Source of the DNA: Balanoglossus misakiensis
Lineage: Eukaryota > Animalia > Hemichordata
Reading direction: 5' to 3'
DNA: 64,000 nucleotides
Assembly (NCBI GenBank): GCA_040954595.2
Contig: CM082576.2
Location: forward strand, 16,229,028-16,293,027
Shown here: in pieces, positions 39,165 to 51,215 of the stretch
Layout: every line of letters begins with the position of its first letter
Numbering within the stretch: the stretch's first letter is position 1
Program-made: the position numbers and the translations under genes
Notes under the pieces: model-generated
The model's input: the letters and a program-made list of their open reading frames with translations, nothing else
What the model was told of the DNA's origin: nothing
Database searches by the model: none

Positions 39165-39802
39165 ATAGACATGGTCTATTTTACCCGGAAATGGCTAGCT
39201 AGCTGCAAGAATTTGTCAAGACAATGACAGATAAGATTACTTTCCTATAGCATTGTTCTGTTGGAAATTATCACTTTCCTCAATTATAGTATACTACCCA
39301 AATAATAAAAAATATATTCTCTGCGAATTATGGTGTGTTTTTAGTGACTGTATGTAAAGTAAGTTCAAATCTTAATCCTTCCAAAGGAGGATAATGCTCA
39401 GAAAAGTTAGTCCTTTCAAATTTCCCCTTCAGAATTTATCACCGTCACATTCGACCTTCAAGCCACGTTCTGGACACACAGACCCATACTCGCGTAAACA
39501 AAACCATTTGGGTCTTACCATCAGGCAGCGCTCTTAAAATAATGCTATTTATGTCCTAGAATCTTACTATCTTACTGAGATTAACACGGTAACGACCTGA
39601 ACATCAGTGTCGTTTACCTCAAACATTCATGGTTGTTAAAAGTATCCCATATGAGTGTTCAGTCCCCGTTCGTTTTGTAAGCCTGTTGTTTTTAGGGTAT
39701 GTGAAAAACACTGCCGTTTTTTTTTCATTATTAGCAAAAGTTACCTTATCTGTCGTTAGTCTCATTTTTTAGAGAAAGAAACAACGAAAACAGTTTTTTA
39801 CG

Positions 39803-39927
39803 GAGCCCTGTAAGCGGTTCTGGGGTCTCTTTACCGTGCCGGGCATTTCACAGTAAAACTTCACTATGTATTCATACACCAGCGGAGGGGTGGGTACAAG
39901 ATTTGACCCTGAACAAGGTCTACAAAC
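39803..39927 (-). pseudogene. Truncated subtype B copy (3' core only) at array end
   Basis: Core present. Breaks at GGTCTACAAAC|TTATTTTTAG. Confidence 0.5.
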
Positions 39928-42900
39928 TTATTTTTAGTTGGAGTTTTTGACCTAAAATTTGCGTATAAAGTTTCCTTTTAGACTTGCTCTCGTCGTAGCC
40001 TCGTAGCATTGTCTGTGCGACAGTGCTGTAAAAAAACAACAGTTAGACATGAATCTTACCGAGAGGCGGCGCTTTTCGGATGGCAGTGTTAAATACTTGA
40101 AGTGTGGTAGAACTACCAAATGATGAAAACAGGATTTCAGCGAAAGTTTCTCGTCTTTTGTTACACTGAAGCGCGAAGGGTGGCGTCCATCCGGCGGCTG
40201 GCTGGTAGTGTTGCGGAGAGTCACGGTTGCCGACAGCAACAGAACAATCGAAACGCACAAGAACGTTTGTGACCCAAAGCATGATGGGTATTTTGCGGTA
40301 CGGTCCGCGAAAGAACCAATCGTTCGCTCTTCAGTCACTAGTAGAGACTTGAAGCCTAAAGAGAGCCGAAGAAATGTAGGATTTTTTAATTGTTGACCTA
40401 GACAGCATAGACGAGTGACGGTAGTGAGAATGGGCTTGCACATGCACGTGACACCAAACTGTAATGACAGCATGAACAGCGCCACCGACGGTGAGAAATC
40501 TACATAAATGTTGTGCGTGTGTACATTGTATGTACTATGTATTGGTTGTGTATCACTCGTGTATAAAATTGAACAGTAAATGATTTCACATTTTTTCAAA
40601 CGTTTACAAATATTTATAATTTTCTGAAAAATAGTACAAAATTGCCATGTACTGTTTATTAGTATTATGGAGTGTGTCACGACGTCACTTCCGATTTAAC
40701 CCGCTCTTAGTCAGCAAAACATGGTCGACCTAGCAGTGTCACGCGTGTAGCTTTCTGTGCGCAATCGACTTATGTTCTCGTAGGTTTTGTAAAGGAAACT
40801 CCGTTCGAACGAAAAACCAATCGATTTTTTTAAAGTTTATGTATGTTAGCATCGTTCTGTGAGGAAAGTACTATCGATTTTGTTCCGAGTTGCGACTTTT
40901 TGGTGTTCTTTCATTCCGTATGTCAGTTGGCATCATGGCGTACTGTTGCCAACGATCGTACTCGGGCGACGTAGTTTGAAGTTAGCAGGCAGACTAAATA
41001 GCGAGCGCACAGCTTTGTTATGTGTATATTTTGAAAGACTAATATGTAATGTGTGTGAAATTGCATGGGAGCCCCAAAGCGCCTCTTTTATTTTATCGAT
41101 TTCACCGTATTAAGAAACTGTACTATCTCATATGCGCCTAACACATCCCTATCCGATTATCTCGCTGTCATTCCACAACCTCTGAGTCAGGAAGACGTCG
41201 AAGACAGAAGCGATGGATTCACTCACTACTACTTACAGATGCGCCACAGCCATGGCAGCCACCTGGGAGGAAATCATCCAGGAAGCGACAATTACCCAGA
41301 ATACTTACCTGATCCGGATTACGATTCGGACACCGGAAGCGCCGACAGGTAGTAAACATTGAAATTAACATCAGAAAAGAAAATCCTATTTTAATTAAGG
41401 CAAACGCTGGCATCAAAGCCAATACAATATTTTAAGCGAGACCGTATTTAAAACACAGTTAACATGGATGGTGTTACGACCCCAAGTTAGCAAAACTATT
41501 AGGACAGAAAAGCACACAAGTTATGCAATAGCACGTAAAAATACAGAACTACGTGCTTTGTAAAGAGTTTGGCAAAATTAACGTGATAATGTTATTCTGA
41601 GAGTCTTTTGTTGAAATGCAACATAGCATTTCGATTACTCTCCCGACCTTAAATAGGTTTTTGGCTATCTAGGTGGGTGATAAAAATCTCACATGGTCGA
41701 CACAATTTCAAGATGGCCGATTTTTGCCATGTTTAAGGAATAGGAGTTCATGAGCTAAAGTGATGATGGGTCATTCTGAAACTTTTTAACAGAAAAAATA
41801 ACAAAATGTGAAAAAAGTTTAATGAGTTTAATATGGTAACTACAAAGAGACATGTTTGACCCAAGGAAGTCATGAAATACAGTATAAAACATATCATTTC
41901 TTCTATCTCTTACTACAGTGGGTTGTCGACTTTTCGACCAGAATGCAATGGGATTTGACCCCTTAGCGCAAAGTGAAAACCTATTTATTGTAAGACAGCC
42001 ACATTGCGAAAAATCCCCAATGACAATTCAATGTGACATGACACGTCATATTGTCGTGTAATGCATGATTGTAGGCGCACAGAGGTGAACCAAACTCCCT
42101 AGATAAATATTTTCATACCTAAATCCCTATTAGTAATCGATTTTCAGTAGTATTTGCATAATATTCAATCGAAAATATAATTTTTAATTTGACGATTAGC
42201 TGACTACATGTATGCGGTTGTACAAGGCACCTTCGGCTTGGCACACATTTTTGCCATTGAATGCAGTATTTGTTTTACTTTGCCGATTATATTTAGATAT
42301 AGAAATTGTAAATCAATGTCTACACTTTGGCGATGACTCAACATACATGTATAGTGTGGTATTGGCAGTAAAGTTCATTGGACGAATTTATATGAAGAAG
42401 TGTGTAAAAGAAAGATGTGCACATTCAGTGCTAGGGGGCGCTATTTACAGAGCCATGCCCATCTCCTCACAGCAAATGCAGCATTGAGTTGTCAAAATTA
42501 ATAAAATGCAAACATGATTCCCTTAAATAGATAGGGCAATTTTCTAAACAACTCGAACTGTGTGTTAAGCTTTAATAAATTGTTTGGTCGTATTTAGTAT
42601 TTGACGTTGAAAATCACACTTTATTTACTGTCGCAAGATGGTGGGAATTACCCTAGCCAACTGTGACGAGTTTAGAATTGCCACAAATAGGAGTTTGAGA
42701 ACCAGAGTATTGTACAGAAAAGAACTCACTCACTCACTCACTCACTCACACACAATGAATTATGCTTTAACTAGTCTGTAATTTACACCTAAAACACCGA
42801 AATACAGTATGCAGATTAAAACGTTTCTCTAACTACTGTATAATAACGCGGGTGATGAAATGTTTGCACACACAGTTTCACGACATAAACAGTGTTCACA

Positions 42901-42950
42901 GTCCCCAAATTACTGTTAATCGGGTTTCTCGTCCGTCGACATTTACCAAT

Positions 42951-43225
42951 TTACGCTCGGTTTACTCCACTACTTCTTAGGCCTATACATGTAGGTGTCT
43001 TCGGTTGCGAGGTGCTGTCGAGTCGCTTGTGAAGCGATAGCGACATGACGGCAAACCACGCTACTGACATTAGCAGGAGTCCGGCGAATGCACCGAATAG
43101 TTTAGCCCTGTAGTCTGGCAGATCGTAGAGCAGACAGTTCCCTTGTTCATCGCACGCCGTCCGTCCCCATAACATACACGCCGAGTCGATGAGGGCCCCG
43201 GTGTATATCGGCGCCGGTATAGTGG
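42951..43225 (-). CDS. SLCO: SLCO/OATP organic anion transporter, coding exon 8 (last)
   Basis: Acceptor CTTCCAG|. Translates TIPAPIYTGALIDSACMLWG..C...GNCLLYD, the OATP signature region, then TM12 and stop TAA. Confidence 0.92.
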
Positions 43226-43517
43226 CTGGAAGGTAAGAGCATTGTTGTATATCTTAGGCTAGGTTTACAATCATGTCTTCATTATAACCCTGCCAAGTTA
43301 GGCGACATACATGTATATTTAGTAATAAGCTGAGCAAATCTGTGCAGTGCTGTAGGAATGCGCATTATTCGGCATATATTTGTTGTTACATAGACACATG
43401 CCATCTTGTTATGAAAGGTTGATTAGTTACAAAACGACAACAATTTTTGCTGAATTCAGAGTAAATAATATTGTTTAGACCAAAACATCAGAATAGGCAG
43501 TCGATGGCAATACGTAC

Positions 43518-43582
43518 CTAGTAGCTGTGTTGTAATGACGCGTATACAAAGTGCATACGCTTTATCCTTCGGCAACACACAT
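43518..43582 (-). CDS. SLCO: SLCO/OATP coding exon 7
   Basis: TTTACAG| RCVLPKDKAYALCIRVITTQLLG |GTACGT. Phases 2/1 fit both neighbours. Confidence 0.88.
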
Positions 43583-43800
43583 CTGTAAATATAACATTTT
43601 GATGTATTTCGCGTGGTATTTAGATACTGAGATAATGTTTTGAATATTGCTTATAACATGCATTTTTGAAAATATTTATTTGTCCTGTGTCAATGCGTCA
43701 AACCAACAACCCCAACAATGGAAACACAAAAAATTGTGGGACAGGAAATGGAACGTTTTTGCATGCCTTACACAATACTTGATGATTGTCAAGGGTTTAC

Positions 43801-43976
43801 CTCATTGTCAAGGCAACTTCTACATTAGCAATTGCTGATAGAAAGAATCCAAAGACAGCGACCAACACACCAAACACCACTAATTGATTGGTGCACGTCT
43901 GTCCACACATTCCTTGATGTGCATAGTCTACGGCAGTGTCATTTATTGTTGCAATACATCCACAATCTGTGAAGTT
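43801..43976 (-). CDS. SLCO: SLCO/OATP coding exon 6
   Basis: CACACAG| NFTDCGCI...GMCGQTC + TM10 ...LTMR |GTAAAC. Confidence 0.9.
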
Positions 43977-44392
43977 CTGTGTGAAAATCGTGTATAAAAC
44001 GAGGACATTTTGAATGGAATACATCCAATACGCATTATATTATAAGAAATAAGCGGTGACCCAAATATAGTAAACCATGTCTTTACACGTACGGCAAGAA
44101 TTTCACTTGTGAAATACAGACAACTTCAGCGTTCACTGGTGAAACTACATGTATAAACTCCATCGGCGCCATCTCATGAATATTTACTCTGGGTAACAAC
44201 GAAATTTGTCAACCCGCCACCCAGAACATTCTACCACCAATAAAATAAATGAACTCGTGTCCTCATAAAGACACAAAAGCAAGGCGCACTGTTATGCAAC
44301 AATTTATAATTTATGTACACTCCCCTACAGAACCCATTTCCCTCTCTGTGAACATGAATATATAAGGACTAATGTATTATAAAGTAGATTAC

Positions 44393-44555
44393 TTGACCAT
44401 CTTGGCGAGTCTTGCACCCAGCATGGCAAGCTGAATAGTATGTGATGTCGTTAGAGCCGCAAATTGGCGCATAGGCGTCCGAGCAGCCACATTCAGAATT
44501 GCAAGCAGACTTCACATCCCCGAATCTTCGTACTTGCGGTATCTCAACTGTGCTG
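44393..44555 (-). CDS. SLCO: SLCO/OATP coding exon 5 (Kazal-like domain)
   Basis: CNSECGCSDAYAPICGSNDITYYSACHAGC, the OATP extracellular Kazal motif. Confidence 0.93.
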
Positions 44556-44834
44556 CTATAGAAAGAAGAAAGTTTTTGTTGTAGATTAAATTCGAGACAC
44601 AATTTACGTTATACTGTATAGAGTATCAGTCAGACTTCTTAGCTAGGTTAAATTTATCAAGGCTAGTCTCTGCATAGAAAATGATGTAATGGACGTTATA
44701 TGTCGCTGGTATAAATGTCGAGTGATAAATTACTTTTGGGCATCCAAGTGTCGCTAAGTAACTGGGGGTGGGCAGTGTTCTAGAACTGATAACATGAGGG
44801 CTTTTTTTTCAGTGACTACATTTCAGATACTTGC

Positions 44835-45024
44835 CTTTCCGGGTATGGTTCAGAGAATTTCTCCATCCCACAACCAACACTCATCCCAATGAATGGGATA
44901 CTTGCATTTGCTGCCGCAGCGATCACTGCAAATATTCCCAATTTTATGAGCGTCGGCTTCCATCTACGCAAGAACGCGCCACTGACGATGGAAGCAAATA
45001 TTGCGGCAGGAACGACTGTGGCAG
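44835..45024 (-). CDS. SLCO: SLCO/OATP coding exon 4
   Basis: CATAG| AATVVPAAIFASIVSG... (TM8-9). Donor AG|GCAAGT is GC type and phase 2. Confidence 0.85.
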
Positions 45025-45353
45025 CTATGTATGTAAGCAAAATAGGTTACATTTGGATGATGTGGAGCAGGTATCAATAATCAGAAAGCCAACTGTGTTA
45101 TAGTAGGCCTATTACCGTTAAACATCACTGTTTCGCTCAATGTTACATGCTGATGCAAAATAGTTCTTTACACACAGGTATGGCATTGAGCTAAGATTGT
45201 CTTCACGGAATAATCGCATAAAGTCTATATCTCATCAAACAACAAGGCACCGCTGGGGGTAATGGCGTTGATATGTTATATTTTATCAATGACAATATTT
45301 TGGTCAGTACGCCACTGCGCGACTATTAAGTCCCGACGGTATGGTATACTTAC

Positions 45354-45515
45354 CAAAGATTTTACCAGATATCGAAGGTGTAGTTCTGAAATGCTCTTCC
45401 ATGTATTTTGGAAAGAAGCGCGTCGAATGAACGACAGCCATGTAAGCGATTCTGGCAAAAACCAAGCTGACGAAGGGAACATTGGTGAACAAACGCAGGA
45501 TTGCCCGTTGCCAAT
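45354..45515 (-). CDS. SLCO: SLCO/OATP coding exon 3
   Basis: TTGATAG| DWQRAILRLFTN...FFPKYMEEHF... |GTAAGT. FxPKY-E-F is an OATP motif. Confidence 0.9.
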
Positions 45516-46214
45516 CTATCAAATACATAATATATATTTAGCTGTAATTGTGCTATACTTTTGCATCTTGCAAGTTACAAGGACACGATCACCAAGCGCA
45601 TATGGCTTAACTAGTCTCTGGTGATGTTTTTTGCAGACAATCTTATAAACCATTGTCAGCTACAAATAACCAAAGATGTAAACATTGCACTGCCCCCTAT
45701 TTTTAATTTATCATGCCATAATCTGATCCCGTACAGCAACACAGCAAAGAAGGGCAACGCATTGTTATGATCATATTCATTTTGTGACATTTTACAATTC
45801 AAAAAGTGTAATGGCCAGGTTATCAGTTTACCTTGATGTGTCTGTGTGGAGTATTGGGTGAGCGATAGAAGATACTTGAACCTATAGAATTAGGCAAAGA
45901 CGTCTACTAATATAAACTATTGTGCATATATCTCCAGAGGAGCAAGTGTGTAAGGTTGAAACTAATAAGGAATTCTTCTTACATTGAAAAGATTGTCACA
46001 TTATATGCATTGTGAGTAAGACTCGGACATCGACCAAGTAACAGTTCTATGTTTATATATAGTTAGCATGCATATACATTGTTTAATTTTTTCCGCATTT
46101 TGTTATTTTTCTGTATTTATCTGTTGAAGTGGCTGACATGCTCCATCTTGAAATTCTGTCGACCACATGAAAATTGTTCATTTATTACAAGGTGGGAACT
46201 CCAACAAATTTTAC

Positions 46215-46523
46215 CTTTAAAGCGTCCCACTTTACTGATGGTATCGCCGCCTTCATCGTTTGGTTCTCTTGTAATCTGGTCTTGACATTTGGATTGTTTC
46301 GGTATCTCCGATGGCATGATGAGGATAAAGATTGATAACACCACAGATAGAACACCACTGAGCAAATAGCCAAGCCACCAAGCGCCAACCCAGCGTGGAT
46401 CTTTCTGGTCGAAATCGAGTGTAGCTAGGTCAACTCGATAAAAATCAACGAACAGGATTATAGAATATGCATTTACTAACACACCCACTATTTGACCAAC
46501 AGAGAAAAAGGAATGGATTACGC
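46215..46523 (-). CDS. SLCO: SLCO/OATP coding exon 2
   Basis: CTTCTAG| GVIHSFFSVGQ...DPRWVGAWWLG (OATP hallmark)... |GTAAAA. Confidence 0.93.
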
Positions 46524-47237
46524 CTAGAAGAAGAAGAAGGAGAAGAAACAAATGAATGTTGTGTGTCAGTTTAAGGTGTCCATATTTTATGAAGGAATAC
46601 ATTATGTAAATGTCAGCTTATTCACGCCAACACAACATCAAGAAAGGACTGGTAATAATATTGAAGGATGTACGGTCGATTACATGGAAAGTATTGTCTA
46701 ATAAAATATAATCTTAAATATGGTCACCGTTTTTGAAATACAAGGCTGTGAATTTAGTTGATTAGGAAAATAAAATCACTTTCAACAAAATTTTATCTCA
46801 AAACTGAATGCGGTGACCATCGATTCTGTTCGAATGTTAAATTTCATTTCATTTGGCTAAGCTATGTTTAGTACTTCATGAAAGTAACAATACTATGGTT
46901 ACATGACATGTATTTACGTGCACCTTCAAAAAAAATCTAGTTTCACTCCAGTTTGTTAAAGATACTGAATGCCTGAAATCTAAGCTTAAAAGATTACACT
47001 TAAAGCGGGTAGCTCGTCCCACGCGTATGCATAACTTCCCAGCAAATTTCCCGTTCGAGGCATTCAAATAGTGGACTGCCTTCGCTTCCTTCCATATTTC
47101 ATGCGCACCGTATAAGTAGATTCTGGTTTGTCCCTCCTTTTCACCCAAGCTGGTGTCTTTTCCCGATCTCCGACACAGATTATGGTCGCCGCCATCTTCT
47201 CTGTTGTTAGGACAGAGCACTGCCTTATGGGATTAAT

Positions 47238-47385
47238 AGAATCTCACACTTCCAAGGACCTGGGATCGTATTTCTCACACGAGTTGGGGATTTTTTGTCC
47301 CACACGAGCCGCAGGCGAGTGTGGGACAAAATATCCCCGACGAGTGTGAGAAATATGATCCCAGGTCCTTGGTGTGTGAGATTCT
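47238..47385. repeat. Long imperfect palindrome (about 148 bp), probably the end of a non-autonomous element extending to about 47937
   Basis: Arms AGAATCTCACAC..CCAAGGACCTGGGATC.TATTTCTCACAC / GTGTGAGAAATA.GATCCCAGGTCCTTGG.GTGTGAGATTCT. Confidence 0.85.
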
Positions 47386-48046
47386 TTTTCTCACACGACC
47401 AGAAATTTGCGATATTAACGTTTATTTACAATAAAAGAACTAAATCTACAAAATACCAACTGATAACTGCATGACCAGTCATATATTGATCCGCCCCGCA
47501 AAACATAGTCCCCATTTCATCACGAGTTTACAGTACACGCATGCTATAAAAATGTGCTCAACACATTAAAATATGGAGATTGTTTCCAATGGCATAAATT
47601 CGCGCGATATCTAGAAAATACAACCGTTTTTTTTTTAGTCTGTCGCCAACCACGTACACCACTGTCGTCTGCACATGACCTGATCACATTGTAGTTCCGG
47701 TTTGTGTACAACACATCGCACAATTGGATAATATTTGCTCGTTCTGAGGGGTATGAATATCATTATCCAATCAGAGCTCGTGTCAGATAACACTTGTCTG
47801 TGTGCGCATTAACACAGAGTGTGGGATCAATTTGATCCCACACTCTCTATCCCACACTCCCAGCGGCCAGGAGTGTGAGAATGACTGTTCACTACACGTC
47901 TGTAACCAGCGGCTACAGCTGGAACATGCGTGTGAGACGAGCTACGCGCTTTGACTCCTCAGGATGCAATCGCTGACGAATTGCAGTAATTTAGTCACGG
48001 CGTAATGAAAACATATGCCCAATCTAATATATTCAGTGTCACTTGC

Positions 48047-48740
48047 CTATGTACATAGGTGACTTTGTCTTTGATACGCTGTCGTCCATATATGCTAATC
48101 CCAAGGAATACATTGGGGTGCTTCCAAACCCATTTAGAATATTTCCAATGATAATCAGGATAGTTGGTTCAGACCCGTGCTTGATGAGAGATGTCACAGC
48201 GCTTTTGCCGCCGCAGTCAGTTCCATTTTCTGCGACAACATCATCACACAGTTCTTCCACATTGGTGAGGTTGTCATTGGCTCCCAAGCGAATGTTCCAG
48301 TAGTCATATTTGTCGGACACAAACTGAGTCATTGCAATCATGAACTGTCCAACGGCAAAGACGAAGAGGCCACCGCCAATCCAGCGTGGCTTGTTACTGC
48401 CCGGCCGGCCTCCGAAGTAGGTGCACGCGATTAAGGATATGACGTCAGCTACCTCTTTAAGGGACATGAAAACTCCGATCGTGGTGCTGGACAAATCGTA
48501 ACGTTTTTGCAGCGTTGAAATGCAAACACTGTCCATGATTGTTGCCATGGAAGTGATGGCCCAGCCCAGTGCCACCACTACCAAAACCGTCTTTGCACTT
48601 GCCAAACGCTGAAGCCATACTGGTCGAAATGTACCTACCCCACATGTTAACCTCTTGTTATCGTTTTGTGTCGGCGGGAAAACTTCGCTTTCCTCGGATA
48701 ATAACGTTGGTGGTCTCTCCACTGCACCTTTTTCAACCAT
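48047..48740 (-). CDS. SLCO: SLCO/OATP first visible coding exon
   Basis: MVEKG...CGVGTFRPVWLQRLA...ISTLQKRYDLSS...YFGGR..KPRWIG...LGLAYMDDSVSKTKSPMYIG. The ATG directly follows a CAGCAG acceptor, so an upstream exon is likely. Donor AG|GCAAGT. Confidence 0.92.
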
Positions 48741-50939
48741 CTGCTGTTTAGGACAAAAAAAGAATGGTTTCTGGTCAACGCGCCAATCACTTGATAACCC
48801 TCGCGTCCAACATTTCTTCTTGTTTCTGTTTGTGTCTGGCCAGGCAGAACATAACCATGCCAAAAATACAGAGGAAGACACGCAACCAGTAACTGTTTCA
48901 CGAGAATTTGCATTGACAGAAGAGAAGAAATTCTAGCCATCGCCCAAATTTTGGTTTAAACACAAGACAAGACACATGTGTTGTCTTTTCTTTGCCTTAG
49001 TTTGTGATTGTCTACCGTGACGAGAACCGGGAATTTATGTCATCCTGCATGACCACCTCGACAACATTTCATCGATTATGTACAAGCCCGAAATACTGCT
49101 TCTTTAAAGTAATGTAATCTCTTGTAAAGACACAAATTGCAAAAATTACAACCACTTTAAGTGATTCGGCGATTTGCTAAAATAAAGGTCCATGACAAAG
49201 GTAAACTAACTTCTAAATTTCCCCTACTTCTCCATTGATATTCGTTTAGCCTTGGCATAGAGTCACTGGGTGTGTGCATTTCTAAAATCCTGAAGACATC
49301 GTGGTAGAGCTCGTGACTAATACAGACTTTTGATTGACCGAGCTTATTATCACTAATCATAATAAGACAGGGCTCCTCCGAAAGTAACTGGGAAGATCAT
49401 TTATAAGATAGTACTTCTGGCTCCGACAAACACATAATATTGTGGCTTTGAAGGGTGTTTGTGGGTATGAAGTAGACTTGCTCCAAGTCTATGGGCTTCA
49501 TTATGTGTAGGGAACGCGTCGACGCTATACCCGAAACCACAAGCTCAGTCCTAAATTCGAAACTCACCTCACTACCAAAAACACGCTCAAGGCAAGCATG
49601 CACGCAAAAAGTATTGCAATTATTTATTAAGACAAAAAACCACCGAAAACACAAAAAGTATTGAGATTTAAAAATCGCCAAGCGACTAGTGGGCTAGTCT
49701 AGGTATGAAGTTAAATGAAGCAATTCAAAGCACGCACGTTCATCACCATCTCCAAAAGTTAGATACACCACTGAATACATTATTACTACAGACAGCATAC
49801 TTGTTGTGACAAAAACAGGCACGCATTTGACAATTAACATGCACTCACCTGTGACATCGTTTCGACTCGCCAAATACTGAAGGTATCGTTTCTTGATAAA
49901 CGCCTTGCTGCTTTGGAAGCAGTCAACCAATGAGCATGAGGTTTATGAATGGGAAAGGTACAACAAGCTGTACGCTATTTCAATGAAATTAAATTGTGTG
50001 CCACCTATCAAGCAGAAGTTTTCCAATTAAAAAAATCAGCAAGGTGCTGGTACACACATTTTATCGGGTTCTATGCCGAATATTTATTTTTAAAAAGGGT
50101 TTACAGAAAAACAATTACTGTTTAATATAGAAAGGAAAGAAAGCGGTAAATGAAATTTAACTACTTATCAATTTTTGCAAATTGTTTTTCTAGCGTTTGT
50201 GCTTCTCCATTTAGCTTTTCTCTGTTGATTGTAATAGACTACACCTTGCTCTTTATAAATAACCATTCATTGTCCTGTTTATCGCCCTTGCGTTTGATTG
50301 GCCGGAAATACAGGGATACTACTCAGGTAAATTAACCTTGCTACTTTAATTACAGTTTATAAATAGGGAATGCGGGTAGTAAGAAACTATACCATTTCCG
50401 TTTATATACGTACAAAATTAAGAGTAAATGTACCCACAGCATGTTCGAGTTTTGTATTGATCTGATAACCATGTCTCCTTATATGAAGGATATATATTGG
50501 TTTCAATAATTCACCTAGCCAACTTTCTTTAGAATTACTAGTATGAGTATAGTGGACAGTTGACCATACCCGATATTGAGTATTCTCTATTAGCCTCCAA
50601 GTCCACGGAATGAGTGACGACATCAGCCAAAATATCTACTGTTTTAGGTTGTTTTCTCTGAAAGTGTTTAGACCACTGACATGTCCATGCATGCATGCAT
50701 AAGTACTAGACTCTCTCACAGCCATCGGACTTCCAAAGTATTTCATTCGATATACGAAATATTAATCAAGAGGGTGCAATTATAAGACGCACTGTGATAG
50801 TTTGTAAATTTTTTTTGTGGCACTGGCGCAAGTGTACGCACTGAAAATGTAACGCTATCCCATACGAAACCGTTAATATTAAACCTGTAGCAACTGTGTG
50901 GCGCTGGTTGTCAGACACCAGTCAGTTTCACATGGTTGT

Positions 50940-51215
50940 CGTTGGGGGCGGTGCGCGCGCATGCGGTGTATGGTTATTAATGGCTGATGATTGCCAAGGT
51001 GTACGGATAGGAGTTTGGACAACAATACGCGATGAGAGTTCTGCCTGGACAGATTCGTGAACTTTCGCGAGTGGTTTGAAAGAGGCGCCAAGCCCTCAGA
51101 ATGGAAATACTATCAAGTATTGGCCAGCCGTCCGGGTGCATATTTTATCATAGACGGTAGGAATTTCTATCGCGCAGGCGGTGTCGATGATGACGTCATG
51201 TGACATGGCCGCCCA
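50940..51215. promoter_or_regulatory. Putative CpG-rich, possibly bidirectional promoter
   Basis: Locally CpG-rich. GC box GGGGGCGG (about 50945), NRF1-like GCGCGCATGCG (about 50955), CRE TGACGTCA (51191), YY1-like ACATGGCCGCC (about 51203). Upstream of SLCO (-) and of + strand splice-bounded segments. Confidence 0.4.

Larger units (their letters stand above)
25180..39927. repeat. Higher-order tandem array (periods about 3.1, 4.0 and 4.0 kb, with about 882-bp subunits)
   Basis: Subtype C starts at 26316, 29410, 33386 and 37359. Adjacent subtype B pairs start at 31867/32749 and 35836/36717. The same ORF set recurs in the six-frame track. Confidence 0.95.
23897..43341. repeat. Segmental duplication, copy 2, expanded by internal tandem repeats
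   Basis: Colinear with 17125-23847 at both ends. Contains a higher-order tandem array at about 25.2-39.9 kb. Confidence 0.88.

Noticed and set aside
16840-39927. CRISPR array or known ncRNA (RNase MRP/P, SRP, 7SK, snoRNA, U snRNA, twister, HDV, group I/II intron)
   Set aside because: The context is eukaryotic, with no cas genes and no unique spacers. GAAATGCCCGG recalls MRP CR-I and CAGGTCG recalls SRP helix 8, but order and topology do not fit. No C/D, H/ACA or Sm boxes, and no catalytic consensus found by eye.
18543-40680. Recurrent short ORFs in the array (MKGERTSRP..., MNSNF..., the 201 and 242 aa ORFs)
   Set aside because: They recur only because the DNA is duplicated. There are no domain motifs, indels between copies shift frames freely, and substitutions follow RNA pairing rather than codon position.
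48741-48881. N-terminal extension of the 280-aa SLCO ORF
   Set aside because: A polypyrimidine tract and CAGCAG acceptor precede the ATG at 48740, so the extension is probably intronic.
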